Positions 45,986 to 55,685 are shown, counted from the first letter of the stretch. The stretch is DNA of 64,000 bases from Eubacteriales bacterium (GCA_045632345.1 JAZQWM010000082.1:26220-90219), one strand, 5' to 3'. Notes: generated by a model from the letters alone, not told the origin. Numbers and translations: made by a program.

Positions 45986-46170
45986 GGGGATAGGGTATAG
46001 GGGCTCATTGCATTCGCAGGGGTTCGCTATGCTCACAGGAGAAATTAGTTCGAACGAAAATAACGAAGAAAAGAAATAAGCACTTTCAAGTGGCGTGGAT
46101 AATATAAAATGTCAAAGGATAATGCGATAGAGTAATTACCCTATCCCCTATCCCCTGACCCCTGTCCCCT
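45986..46170 (+). mobile_element. gene-less inverted-repeat element in the pheS-pheT spacer (same family as 38575-39112)
   Basis: Left arm ggggatagggtatagggg (45986-46003) plus 18-mer ggttcgctatgctcacagg (46021-46039). Right arm ccctatcccctatcccctgacccctgtcccct (46139-46170). The arms pair at 16 of 17 positions. Confidence 0.65.
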
Positions 46171-46174
46171 TGAG

Positions 46175-46193
46175 TGACTGAAAGGAACGAAAT
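46175..46193 (+). promoter_or_regulatory. shared RBS leader TGACTGAAAGGAACGAA(AT) immediately 5' of the pheT ATG
   Basis: The 17-nt string is identical to the reverse complement of 38544-38560, upstream of the esterase ATG. A related ACTGAAAGGAGTGAAC lies at 33167-33182. Confidence 0.8.
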
Positions 46194-48638
46194 ATGAAGT
46201 TATCATTAAACTGGATTAAAGATTACGTTAAAATTCCTGACAATATGGATTTATCAAAGCTCGCTTACGACCTTACTATGTCAACAGTTGAGGTTGAGGG
46301 CGCGCACGAGCTTAAAAAGGACTTTGAAAACGTTGTTGTAGGCGTTATTAAAGAGGTTTTACCTCATCCAAATGCGGACAAATTAAGAATTTGCAAGGTA
46401 GATATTGGCGGAGGCGATATTAAGGATATCGTTTGCGGTGGTAGCAACCTTGAAAACGATATGAAGGTAGTAGTTGCTCTTCCCGGCTCATGGGTTAAAT
46501 GGCACGGAGAGGGCGAGCCTGTTGAAATTAAAGCCGGCAAGCTTCGTGGTGTTATGAGCTACGGTATGATTTGCGCAAGCGTTGAATTATGCCTTGGCGA
46601 CTTATTCCCATCAAACGATGACCACGGAATTATGGATGTTTCCTACCTTGATTGCGAGGCTGGTACACCTATTGCAGATGCACTTGGCTTTAACGATATT
46701 ATTCTTGAAATTGACAACAAGTCAATGACTAACCGTCCTGACCTTTGGGGTCATTACGGTATTGCAAGAGAAATTGCATCAATTTACGATTTAGAGCTTG
46801 TTGAGTTTGAAAAGTATGAGCCAACAGCTACTGAAAAGTATGACGTTAGAATTCTTGACGAAATCGGTTGCCCAAGATATATTGGCGCAAAGATTGAGGG
46901 CCTTGGCATTAAGCCTTCTCCATTTGAAATGCAATCAAGAATCTGGCGTGTTGGCATGCGTCCAATTAACGCACTTGTTGACGTTACCAACTACGTTATG
47001 CTTGCGTTAGGTCAACCAACTCACGTGTTTGATTCTAACCACATTATTGACCATATTGAAGTAAGACGCGCAAACGATGGCGAAAAGCTTACTCTTTTAA
47101 ACGGCAAGGAGCTTGAGCTTAAGACCGACGATCTTGTAATTGCTGACAGCGAGGGTGCTGTTGCACTTGCAGGTGTTATGGGTGGCTCTAAGGATTCCGT
47201 TTTACCTGAAACAAACAGCGTAATTTTAGAGGTTGCTAACTTTGACTCCCGTTCTATCCGCCGTACCGCTTTAAGATACGATAACAGAACAGAGGCTTCC
47301 TCAAGATATGAAAAGGCAGTTGACCCTGAAAGATGCGATCTTGCAGTATCAATGGCTATGAAGCTGTTTAGTGAGCTTTATCCAGATATGAAGGTTGTAG
47401 CTTATGAGGACAAATATCCAAACAAGCTTATTAAGAAAGAAATTGACGTTGACTTTGAATGGCTTGATAAGCGTCTTGGCATGAGAATTCCACAGGAAAT
47501 CGTATCAAGAAAGCTTGGCATTATGGGCTATGAGGTTACGTTTACCGATAAGGGTATGCACATTGTTGTTCCATCATGGCGTTCAACAGGCGACGTATCC
47601 ATTAAGGCTGACATCATGGAGGAGGTAGCAAGAATTTACGGCTACGAAAACTTCCAGCCAACTCCTATTACAACTTCATTTGACGGCGCTATCAATCAGC
47701 TTGATATGGACCTAACAAGAAGAGTTAAGGAGTATCTTGCATTCCGTTGCAACATGCAAGAAATCTTTACTTACCCATGGATGACAGATAACTACGTTAA
47801 TGCAATTTTACCAAATCTTCATGAGACACTTGCATTATCAACTCCACCGTCTCCAACTGAGAAATATCTCCGTTCAACACTTCTTCCAAACATCTGTAAG
47901 GCAGTAGTTAAGAACGAGCATTACTTTGAGGAATTTGCAATTTTTGAGGAAACTCAAATCTTTAAGGATACAAATTACACTTCTCCATACGATGAAAAGG
48001 AAAAGCTCCCATACCAAAGAAAGCACCTTGGCTGTGCATTTGTTGGTAGAAACGATAATATCGGCAATCTTTTCCGTCAGGCTAAGGGCGTAATTGAAGC
48101 AATGCCAAGATATACTCACATGGAAGCATTCACGTTTAAGCGTGAGGAAAAGCCATATTGGGCAGATGAAACCGTATGGGTAAACGTTTACCTTGATGAA
48201 ACAAAGATCGGCGATATTGCACTTCTTTCAAAGAAGGCTTCACTTGCTTGTGGTATGAAGGTAGCTTCCGCTATCTTAGTTGAGCTTGACATGGACGCAT
48301 TTAAGCCACTTAAGTCAAGAACAAACCGCTACGAAAGATTACCTGAGTTCCCAATGAATGACTATGACTTCTCATTCTTAGTTGACTCAATGGTTAAGTG
48401 GGACGATATCTACACAGCAGTTATGGAAAAGGTATCTGATACAACACTTCTTCGTAACGTTAAGTTCGTTGATGAATATAAGGGCAAGCAAATTCCAGAG
48501 GGCAAGAAATCCGTTACAATCCGTCTTGTTATCGGCTCAAACGAAAAGACTCTAACAGGACAAGAGATTGAGGAAGAAGCAAACAGAGTTGCTAAACGCC
48601 TTGCAAAGAAAATCGGCGCTGAAGTTAGATTTAAGTAA
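46194..48638 (+). CDS. pheT: phenylalanine--tRNA ligase beta subunit
   Basis: tRNA-binding N-terminal domain, B3/4 and B5 domains, and FDX-ACB C-terminus are recognisable. Follows pheS. Confidence 0.97.
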   Translation: MKLSLNWIKDYVKIPDNMDLSKLAYDLTMSTVEVEGAHELKKDFENVVVGVIKEVLPHPNADKLRICKVDIGGGDIKDIVCGGSNLENDMKVVVALPGSWVKWHGEGEPVEIKAGKLRGVMSYGMICASVELCLGDLFPSNDDHGIMDVSYLDCEAGTPIADALGFNDIILEIDNKSMTNRPDLWGHYGIAREIASIYDLELVEFEKYEPTATEKYDVRILDEIGCPRYIGAKIEGLGIKPSPFEMQSRIWRVGMRPINALVDVTNYVMLALGQPTHVFDSNHIIDHIEVRRANDGEKLTLLNGKELELKTDDLVIADSEGAVALAGVMGGSKDSVLPETNSVILEVANFDSRSIRRTALRYDNRTEASSRYEKAVDPERCDLAVSMAMKLFSELYPDMKVVAYEDKYPNKLIKKEIDVDFEWLDKRLGMRIPQEIVSRKLGIMGYEVTFTDKGMHIVVPSWRSTGDVSIKADIMEEVARIYGYENFQPTPITTSFDGAINQLDMDLTRRVKEYLAFRCNMQEIFTYPWMTDNYVNAILPNLHETLALSTPPSPTEKYLRSTLLPNICKAVVKNEHYFEEFAIFEETQIFKDTNYTSPYDEKEKLPYQRKHLGCAFVGRNDNIGNLFRQAKGVIEAMPRYTHMEAFTFKREEKPYWADETVWVNVYLDETKIGDIALLSKKASLACGMKVASAILVELDMDAFKPLKSRTNRYERLPEFPMNDYDFSFLVDSMVKWDDIYTAVMEKVSDTTLLRNVKFVDEYKGKQIPEGKKSVTIRLVIGSNEKTLTGQEIEEEANRVAKRLAKKIGAEVRFK

Positions 48639-48642
48639 CACA

Positions 48643-48670
48643 AAAAATCCGCTTGAAAAAGCGGATTTTT
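48643..48670 (+). terminator. rho-independent terminator of pheST
   Basis: aaaaaatccgc-ttgaaaaa-gcggattttt. Confidence 0.9.
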
Positions 48671-48683
48671 GTTATTTAAATTA

Positions 48684-48723
48684 GGCTCGCTTCGCTCACA
48701 GCCGTCAGCCGTCAGCGGTTAGC
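48684..48723. repeat. 18-mer + GWYAG heptad tract
   Basis: ggctcgcttcgctcacag, then ccgtcag ccgtcag cggttag c. Confidence 0.9.
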
Positions 48724-48765
48724 AAGTTTTGCTCAATGCATATTTTGACCATATAATTCATTGTG

Positions 48766-48795
48766 TAGCTACTAACCACTAGCCACTTACCACTA
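48766..48795. repeat. heptad tract (tagctac taaccac tagccac ttaccac ta)
   Basis: 7-nt periodicity. It reads as the GWYAG type on the minus strand, downstream of the minus-strand gene. Confidence 0.8.
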
Positions 48796-48823
48796 AAAAA
48801 GCAACCGAAATCGGTTGCTTTTG
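48795..48823 (-). terminator. rho-independent terminator (minus strand)
   Basis: AAAAAA-gcaaccga-aa-tcggttgc-TTTTG (bidirectional form). Confidence 0.85.
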
Positions 48824-48826
48824 TTA

Positions 48827-50788
48827 TCATTTCTCTACTACGAAAATTGGGTTTTCGCTTACGTTTACGGTTACAACGCCGTTTTCGTTTTCAAGGTCGG
48901 ATTGCTTACCTGCATATGCTTCGTTTACAAATTGAACAAGCTTAAAGTCGCCGTTTCCTACATTTAATTTATAGTCAGGAACCTTTGTGCCGTCTGATGT
49001 CTTGCACCATACTGCATACTTAGCTTTGCCCTCATTTGTTACGTACTTATAAAGCATTACGTTTTCGTTGCCTGAATCAAGAACTGAGTCAAAGTAGCAA
49101 TTCTTAAGCATTTCCTTTAAGGTATATACGTAATAGAAGGAATCCTTCTTATTACCTTGAATTACGTTTGTTGGGTCGATTTCGATTGGGAATCTGATAA
49201 GACCGCTTGAGCCATACTTACCAACTGCTGTTTCCTCAGGACCACAGTCTCTTGACATATACATAGCCGCCTTTTCAATACCGATTGATGAAAGAAGCAA
49301 GTATTCACGAACGAGCCACATAGCTTGAACCTGTCTGCCTGTGTATTCTCCATAAGCGTGAGCAGAGGTTGAAGTCTTAAAGCTTTGGTTAGTATCCCAA
49401 CCGAACTCTGTAAGCCAAATTTCCATATCCGGATAGTATCTATCGCGGAAATCACGGATTGTGTCAAACGCCTTGTCGATATTGCCCTCTTCCGGAGAAA
49501 CGCCTACCCAAATAGCTTGACCTTGGTCGCCACGGTCATCAAGGTTAACGTTACCGTATTTTGCTGCTACGCCGTCTGCATCAAGCTTCTTACCACAGTA
49601 GCAGTGAGCATTGATTACGTCAAACGGGAGCTTTCCGTCCTTACGGTTGTACTTGCACCAGAATTGCATTGCACGAAGTCTGCCATAATGCAAGCCTGCG
49701 CCGCCTGACATTGACATCATAAAGTTAGGGTCAGCCTGCTTAACGCCTACGTTCTTATACTTACCCTCGTGTCCGTCATAGCACATACTTAAAAATGCTG
49801 CATGCTCAAACGGTGTGTAGTATGGAATTCTGCCAAGCCATGTTCCGTCTGGCTCATTAAGTGGCTCGAGAGCCTTCATAACGCCAAGACCGATTTTCTT
49901 TTCTTGACCCTCAGCAACTTGAATTAAATCCGGGTCAATATCCTTATTGCTACCGTATCTTGCAACGATTTGCCAAAGCATTGCTGCATAGCTGTAATAG
50001 TTATATGGGTCTGTTGAGTCGCAAACCTGGTCCTTAGGGTCTCTCTTTGAGTGCGTTGAATAGGTTGGTACACATTCGATGCCCCATTTAGCAAGCTTTG
50101 TGTAGTATTCGTCAAAGTCCCAAGGTCCTGCAAATGATGGGCTCATTGCAAGCTTTGTGTTTTCTCTGTCCGGAACACATGACCATGTCCATGGGTGGTA
50201 CTCACGGATATAGTTAACTGCTCTTAATACGTCGTTACCATCGTTGATAAATGCGTTCATACCAACGAAATGCTCAAGAGACTTCTTCTTATGCTCTTTT
50301 CTTTCAGGAATTTCTTCAACTACATCCTCAACCTTATAGCCGTAAACGATAATTTCGCTTGGAGCTTGGTTGTTATTGAAGCTAAAGTTGATATATCTTG
50401 TCTTATAGTTAGTTTCAAATCCTGTCCACTTTCTTACCTCTGGAGCAAGCTCCTCATTATACTCCCAAGTAAATGGAGTACCCATCTTAACTCTAACCTT
50501 ACGAACGCCGTAGTCAGCCTTATCCTTTTCAGGCTTATGTTCGTCATAGTTATTGAAGATGTACATATTTGTAATTTGGTAAATGCCGTCAAGCTCAACA
50601 GTAAATGACATATCTGTTTGACCGATCCACCAGTGGTCGTGTCTATGGTGAATTTGTGGAATTTGTCCCTCTATACCGTATAGTGGGTCGCCATCATTAT
50701 CAAATTCGCAGAAGAGGTTTTCAACTCTTTCAATACCCATATCATTGATAATCATTTCTGGGGTAATTCTAATCTTTTGTGGTTTCAT
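48827..50788 (-). CDS. putative glycoside hydrolase: N-terminal discoidin-like domain + clan GH-A-like TIM barrel (cytoplasmic paralog)
   Basis: WLTEFGWDTN nucleophile-type motif. Paralogous along its whole length to 50813-52786. No signal peptide. Confidence 0.55.
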   Translation of the reverse strand: MKPQKIRITPEMIINDMGIERVENLFCEFDNDGDPLYGIEGQIPQIHHRHDHWWIGQTDMSFTVELDGIYQITNMYIFNNYDEHKPEKDKADYGVRKVRVKMGTPFTWEYNEELAPEVRKWTGFETNYKTRYINFSFNNNQAPSEIIVYGYKVEDVVEEIPERKEHKKKSLEHFVGMNAFINDGNDVLRAVNYIREYHPWTWSCVPDRENTKLAMSPSFAGPWDFDEYYTKLAKWGIECVPTYSTHSKRDPKDQVCDSTDPYNYYSYAAMLWQIVARYGSNKDIDPDLIQVAEGQEKKIGLGVMKALEPLNEPDGTWLGRIPYYTPFEHAAFLSMCYDGHEGKYKNVGVKQADPNFMMSMSGGAGLHYGRLRAMQFWCKYNRKDGKLPFDVINAHCYCGKKLDADGVAAKYGNVNLDDRGDQGQAIWVGVSPEEGNIDKAFDTIRDFRDRYYPDMEIWLTEFGWDTNQSFKTSTSAHAYGEYTGRQVQAMWLVREYLLLSSIGIEKAAMYMSRDCGPEETAVGKYGSSGLIRFPIEIDPTNVIQGNKKDSFYYVYTLKEMLKNCYFDSVLDSGNENVMLYKYVTNEGKAKYAVWCKTSDGTKVPDYKLNVGNGDFKLVQFVNEAYAGKQSDLENENGVVTVNVSENPIFVVEK

Positions 50789-50812
50789 TTTTCTTTTCTC
50801 CTTGGGGTTTAA

Positions 50813-52786
50813 TTATTCACAAAATACAAGTACAGGGCGTTCGCTAACGTCAACTGTTACTGTTTTATTTTCAACGGAAACGTTTGTTTTTACGCCTTCT
50901 GTTGTGCCGTATTCAAACTCAACCATGTAAGCGCTATCTCCGTCAATATTTAATTTAAAGTTATCTACCTCTACGCTATCCATTGTTGGGCACCATACAG
51001 CGTAGCAGGATTTGCCCTTACCGTTTTCAAAGCGGTAAATCCATACATCCTCATTGCCTGAATCAATAATTTCAGTAAAATACATATCGCCCATTGTGTT
51101 TCTTAATGTGTAGATGTAGTAGTAGGAGTCCTTATACTCCCCATCTCTTGCGATTACTCCACTTGTACCGTACTTACCTGTTGAGGTTTCATCATCTCCT
51201 AGGTCTGAGCACATATACATTGCGCAACGGTCAACGCCGATTGATGCAAACATAAAGTAAGCGCGTACAAGCCACATAGCTTGAAGCTCTCTTGCAGAGA
51301 ATTCTCCATATGGGTGGCAAGCATTTTCTGTTACGTAGCTGGTGTTTGTATCCCAACCGAACTCAGTTATCCAAACCTCGATTTCGGGATAATACTTATC
51401 TCTGAACTCAACTAGCTTTTTAAGCTCGCCTGTAATATTTCCAATCTCTGGAGCTACGCCGTAGCTTATGGTGTAGCCGTTATAGGTTTCTGTCTTACGG
51501 CAGTAGGTATGAACGTTGAACGCGTCCATAGCCACCTTGCCATCTGCACGGTTAAATTTCATCCAATGCACCATTGCTTTTACATATCGTGTGCCAACGC
51601 CTGCAAGACCTGCCATTGCCATTTTTAGATTAGGGTCAGCGTTTTTAACCCCTACGCCGCTGCCTGATGGAGCTGTAACTGTATTGCAATGTCCATCATA
51701 AGCGGTTGATGTAAGAGCTGCCATTTCATAAGGGTTAAAGCCGTCGTTGCCCTCGCCGTTTGGCTCGTTGCCTGCTTCAACCCACTTAATTAAATCAAGG
51801 TTGATTTTCTTAGGAGCGCGGCTATTTAAAAGCACTACAACGTCAGGCGTATTCATTGGGTTATTGCCGTATCTTGCGCCGATTTGGAATAGAAGCTCGC
51901 CATACATAGCGTATGCCTCAGGCAAGCGTGAGTCAATTCCCTCAATTTTAACCTCGCCTGTAAACATAAAGCAAGGTACGGGCTCAACGTTAAACTTCTT
52001 TAAATTAGCGTATGTACCGTCGTAAGCGTTTGCAAAGAATGAAGCAAACTGTGTGCCAGGGCGTGGATACTTTGCGTATTCGTAGAACCATGCCCAGTTA
52101 ATATAATCACGGAAGTAAGGCGCGCACGTTACACGGTTAACGTTGTTCTTATAGTCCTCTGTGTTACCGTTCATGCCTAAAAGGTACTCAAAGGTTTTGT
52201 TTTGGCGCTTTTCCGTATTTACAGGGTCAGCGTCTCCTGTTTGGTAGCCGTAAATTAAAACCTCACTTGGCGCTCTACCGTTTTGGAACGTAATATCAAG
52301 ATATCTTGTTTCTTGATTTACTTCAATTTTATTCCATTTCTTTACGCCGTTTTCAAAATTTATTTCGTTTTCGTAAGCAAACGGCGTGCCTGTTTCGATT
52401 TTAAGACCTGAGCCGTCGGTTTCAAAGTACACATACACGTACTGAACCATGTAAGGAGCAAAAAGGTCAACTGTAAAATCAAAATAGCCCTCCTTGTCAA
52501 CGTCGTCAATAGATCCGTTTGCATCGTAATCATATGCGCCTAAGGCAGTTTTTGCGTCTCCGCCCAGGTCACAGGACGGGTCGAGCGTATCCTGCTCATC
52601 GAACATCTTGCTAAAATCCTTTAATGATGAGCCGACAATGGTCATATTTTCGTAGTCAATTTTAATTAAGCGAGTGCTTTTGTCCACACCACAGGATACG
52701 AAAATTATTGACATCATAGCTATACATAATGCAACTAATGTAAGCCTTATGAATTTATTTAACTTATTTTTTGTAATCAATTTCAA
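50813..52786 (-). CDS. putative glycoside hydrolase lipoprotein, paralog of 48827-50788
   Basis: Lipobox IFVSCG, WITEFGWDTN motif, TTG start with GGAGG RBS. Confidence 0.55.
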   Translation of the reverse strand: MKLITKNKLNKFIRLTLVALCIAMMSIIFVSCGVDKSTRLIKIDYENMTIVGSSLKDFSKMFDEQDTLDPSCDLGGDAKTALGAYDYDANGSIDDVDKEGYFDFTVDLFAPYMVQYVYVYFETDGSGLKIETGTPFAYENEINFENGVKKWNKIEVNQETRYLDITFQNGRAPSEVLIYGYQTGDADPVNTEKRQNKTFEYLLGMNGNTEDYKNNVNRVTCAPYFRDYINWAWFYEYAKYPRPGTQFASFFANAYDGTYANLKKFNVEPVPCFMFTGEVKIEGIDSRLPEAYAMYGELLFQIGARYGNNPMNTPDVVVLLNSRAPKKINLDLIKWVEAGNEPNGEGNDGFNPYEMAALTSTAYDGHCNTVTAPSGSGVGVKNADPNLKMAMAGLAGVGTRYVKAMVHWMKFNRADGKVAMDAFNVHTYCRKTETYNGYTISYGVAPEIGNITGELKKLVEFRDKYYPEIEVWITEFGWDTNTSYVTENACHPYGEFSARELQAMWLVRAYFMFASIGVDRCAMYMCSDLGDDETSTGKYGTSGVIARDGEYKDSYYYIYTLRNTMGDMYFTEIIDSGNEDVWIYRFENGKGKSCYAVWCPTMDSVEVDNFKLNIDGDSAYMVEFEYGTTEGVKTNVSVENKTVTVDVSERPVLVFCE

Positions 52787-53022
52787 GCTAATTAAACCTC
52801 CTTCTTGTGCGTGCGTACACGCTTATTTATAATATACTACAATATTATCAAAAAGTCAATAAAATAAAGGTTTTTAATTGTTAAAAAAATACAAAAAAAG
52901 CAAATTATATTTGTAACAAAATTGTTAAAGGTATTGACTATTTTCAACATTAATGATATACTTAATAAGCATTTTTAATAAATTAACACTTAATTAACAA
53001 ATAATTCATAAAAAGGTGAAAT

Positions 53023-54276
53023 ATGGAAATATTTATTATAATAAGCAAGATTTTGTGCGTAATTTTTTTAGCTTTCTATGCATATCAATTTTTCTATATA
53101 GCAGTTCCGTTTTTTATAAAGGACAAGCCATATAAAGAAGCAAAAAATAACCGTATAGGAGTTCTTGTATCTGCAAGAAATGAGGAAGCGGTAATCGGAA
53201 ATCTTATACGAAGCATAAATAATCAAAGCTACAATAAAGAGCTAGTTACAATTTTTGTGATAGCCGATAACTGTACCGATAACACAGCTGGAATTTCAAG
53301 AGAGCTTGGAGCGGTTGTTTATGAAAGATTTAATAAGGAAAAGATAGGTAAGGGCTATGCACTTGAGCTTCTTTATGAAAATATAGTAAAGGATTATGGC
53401 GATAGCTATTTTGATGCATTTATAGTTTTGGATGCTGACAATGTTTTGGATAAAAAATACATTGAGGAAATGAATAAGGCTTTCTCAAGTGGCTATGATG
53501 TTCTGACAAGCTACCGTAATTCTAAAAATTATGGGGATAACTGGATAAGCGCAGGCTATGGACTATGGTTTTTAAGGGAAAGCAAGTATTTAAATCATTC
53601 AAGAATGCTTTTGAATACCTCTTGTGCTGTATCAGGCACAGGCTTTATGTTCTCGTCAAGCGTTATAAGGGAGGTAGGTGGCTGGAAATTCTTCCTTCTT
53701 ACAGAGGATATTGAATTTACCATTTACAATGTTACAAGGGGACATAAAATCGGCTATGCCTCAAAAGCTGAGCTATATGACGAGCAGCCAACAAAATTTT
53801 CTCAATCCTGGAATCAACGCTTGCGTTGGTCCAAGGGATATTTACAGGTATGGGGAAAATACGGCACTTTGCTTACAAAGCATTTGTTCTCCAAGGATTT
53901 TAGCTCATGCTACGATATGATAATGACAATTCTGCCCGCATTAATTATAAGTATTCTTACCTGTCTTAATATAGCTGTCGGATACATTTACGGTCTTGCT
54001 TGCAATATTGATTTATCTGCATTCACAAAAGCGTCACTGCTTACTGTGGCAGGAATGTATTTGACGCTGTGGATAATAGGGCTTATTACTACACTAACGG
54101 AATGGAATAAAATACATACAAGTGCTTTTAAGAAAATATTTTATACATTTACATTCCCATTTTTTATGTTTACCTATATTCCAATATCCTTTGTGGCACT
54201 GTTTAAAAAGGTAAAATGGACACCGATTACACATGACAAGTCGGTTTCACTTGATGAAATAACAAAAGAACACTAA
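53023..54276 (+). CDS. membrane GT2 processive glycosyltransferase (IcaA/cellulose-synthase-like)
   Basis: N-terminal TM helix, GT-A core (VLVSARNEE..., DADN), QRLRWSKG (QxxRW) motif, C-terminal TM helices. Confidence 0.85.
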   Translation: MEIFIIISKILCVIFLAFYAYQFFYIAVPFFIKDKPYKEAKNNRIGVLVSARNEEAVIGNLIRSINNQSYNKELVTIFVIADNCTDNTAGISRELGAVVYERFNKEKIGKGYALELLYENIVKDYGDSYFDAFIVLDADNVLDKKYIEEMNKAFSSGYDVLTSYRNSKNYGDNWISAGYGLWFLRESKYLNHSRMLLNTSCAVSGTGFMFSSSVIREVGGWKFFLLTEDIEFTIYNVTRGHKIGYASKAELYDEQPTKFSQSWNQRLRWSKGYLQVWGKYGTLLTKHLFSKDFSSCYDMIMTILPALIISILTCLNIAVGYIYGLACNIDLSAFTKASLLTVAGMYLTLWIIGLITTLTEWNKIHTSAFKKIFYTFTFPFFMFTYIPISFVALFKKVKWTPITHDKSVSLDEITKEH

Positions 54277-54292
54277 AATAGTGTTCTTTTTT
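54268..54292 (+). terminator. rho-independent terminator overlapping the stop codon
   Basis: gaacact-aaaat-agtgttc followed by TTTTTT. Confidence 0.8.
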
Positions 54293-54293
54293 G

Positions 54294-54322
54294 TTGACAA
54301 ATAAACAATTTCATAGTAAAAT
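54294..54322 (+). promoter_or_regulatory. putative promoter of the second GT2 gene
   Basis: TTGACA-17 nt-TAAAAT. Confidence 0.7.
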
Positions 54323-54338
54323 TATATCATAAGTAAAA

Positions 54339-54410
54339 CTAACAATCACTAATCTATCCCGCTGACCGCTATCGGCTAACCGCTGACAGCTGTGAGCGAC
54401 CGAAGGGAGC
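54339..54410. repeat. CTRWC heptad tract + 18-mer variant forming the 5' UTR and RBS of the GT2 gene
   Basis: ctaac..ctatc..ctgac..ctatc..ctaac..ctgac..ctgtg (69-73, 76-80, 83-87 and 90-94 in exact 7-nt register), then ctgtgagcgaccgaagggagc supplying AGGGAG 8 nt before the ATG. Confidence 0.85.
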
Positions 54411-54417
54411 TAACCTA

Positions 54418-55647
54418 ATGAAACTTTCAGTTATTATCTGTGTATATAACACAGAAAAGCAGTATTTCGAGGAATGCTTAAAATCAATTAGAAAATCAAC
54501 TCTTAAGGATTACGAAATACTTGTTATTGACGACGGCTCAACTACTGACTATTCGGACGTTATTGAGAAATATGAGCCAAGATACGTAAAAACAGAAAAC
54601 AGAGGTCTTTTTGCCGCAAGACTTTTTGCTTTAACTATTGCTAAGGGCGATTACGTAACGTTTGTTGACAGCGACGATTCCGTTACCTTCAACTACCATC
54701 AGCCTATGGTTAATGCGGCTATCAATCTTGATGCTGACGTTGTTATAAACGACTGGGCATTCCACACGGAAAGAACAAGATATTTCTGTGTAAACGACCC
54801 GCTTATCCGTGAAGATATTACCTTAAACGGCGATGAGTGCTTAAAGGAGTTTGCCGCACAGGAGGGACGCGCTCACTCATACTTTGTTCATTGGAATAAG
54901 GTTACAAAAAGAAGCGTACTCTTAAAGGCGAAGGCAGAGCTTGAGTCCACCCACATTATTATGCATAAGCATACGTATTCTGAGGACGCTATTATAAACT
55001 TCTTTGTGTTCAGAAACGCTAAAAAGGTTACAAATATCCACACAGGTTACTATTTTTACAGAATTCATGAGGATCAAAGCGTAAACGCTTCAAACAGGGA
55101 CAAGCTTATTTCTCAAATTGATGATATGGCAAGATCCTTTAATATTATGCTTGTAAATATCAGTAAGAATATGTACGCAAAGGAAATCAAGTACAGTATT
55201 CTTAAGTGGCGTGAGCTAATGTCAAGAACACATTACTCCTACGCTAAGGCTGGCAAGCATTCTGACCTTTACGATTACATTAAAGAAGCATACGAGGTTG
55301 ACACGCTTTCTAAGTCAACTACTAAGGACGGCGAGCTTTATGCAAAAACTCAGCTTTTAGGCGATAATTTCCTTGAAATTGATAAATGCCTACGCAACAT
55401 CTACTTTACAAAAGCAAACGTTACCGTAATGTACGATAAGAGCGACCTTTACGTTGTCCGCACAATGCGATACATTGAAAGAATGAAGCGAGGCGAAACG
55501 GAAACAGAGCAAAAAACCCTCTTTGTTCCAACCAAGGTAGTAAGCGCAAAAAATCGCTTCTTACATAACCATCTTGTGTACAACATAGGGCTACGCCTTT
55601 TCAAAAAGGGCTCAAAAATCCGCGCGTTTTTAAAGAGTAAATTCTAA
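54418..55647 (+). CDS. GT2 family glycosyltransferase (soluble) with C-terminal domain of unknown function
   Basis: KLSVIICVYNTEKQYFEECLKSI...YEILVIDDGSTD and DSDD motifs. Confidence 0.85.
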   Translation: MKLSVIICVYNTEKQYFEECLKSIRKSTLKDYEILVIDDGSTTDYSDVIEKYEPRYVKTENRGLFAARLFALTIAKGDYVTFVDSDDSVTFNYHQPMVNAAINLDADVVINDWAFHTERTRYFCVNDPLIREDITLNGDECLKEFAAQEGRAHSYFVHWNKVTKRSVLLKAKAELESTHIIMHKHTYSEDAIINFFVFRNAKKVTNIHTGYYFYRIHEDQSVNASNRDKLISQIDDMARSFNIMLVNISKNMYAKEIKYSILKWRELMSRTHYSYAKAGKHSDLYDYIKEAYEVDTLSKSTTKDGELYAKTQLLGDNFLEIDKCLRNIYFTKANVTVMYDKSDLYVVRTMRYIERMKRGETETEQKTLFVPTKVVSAKNRFLHNHLVYNIGLRLFKKGSKIRAFLKSKF

Positions 55648-55654
55648 TAAAAAA

Positions 55655-55685
55655 GACACATCCTAAAGGGGTGTGTCATTTTTTT
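55655..55685 (+). terminator. rho-independent terminator
   Basis: gacacatcc...gggtgtgtc followed by ATTTTTTT. Confidence 0.8.
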
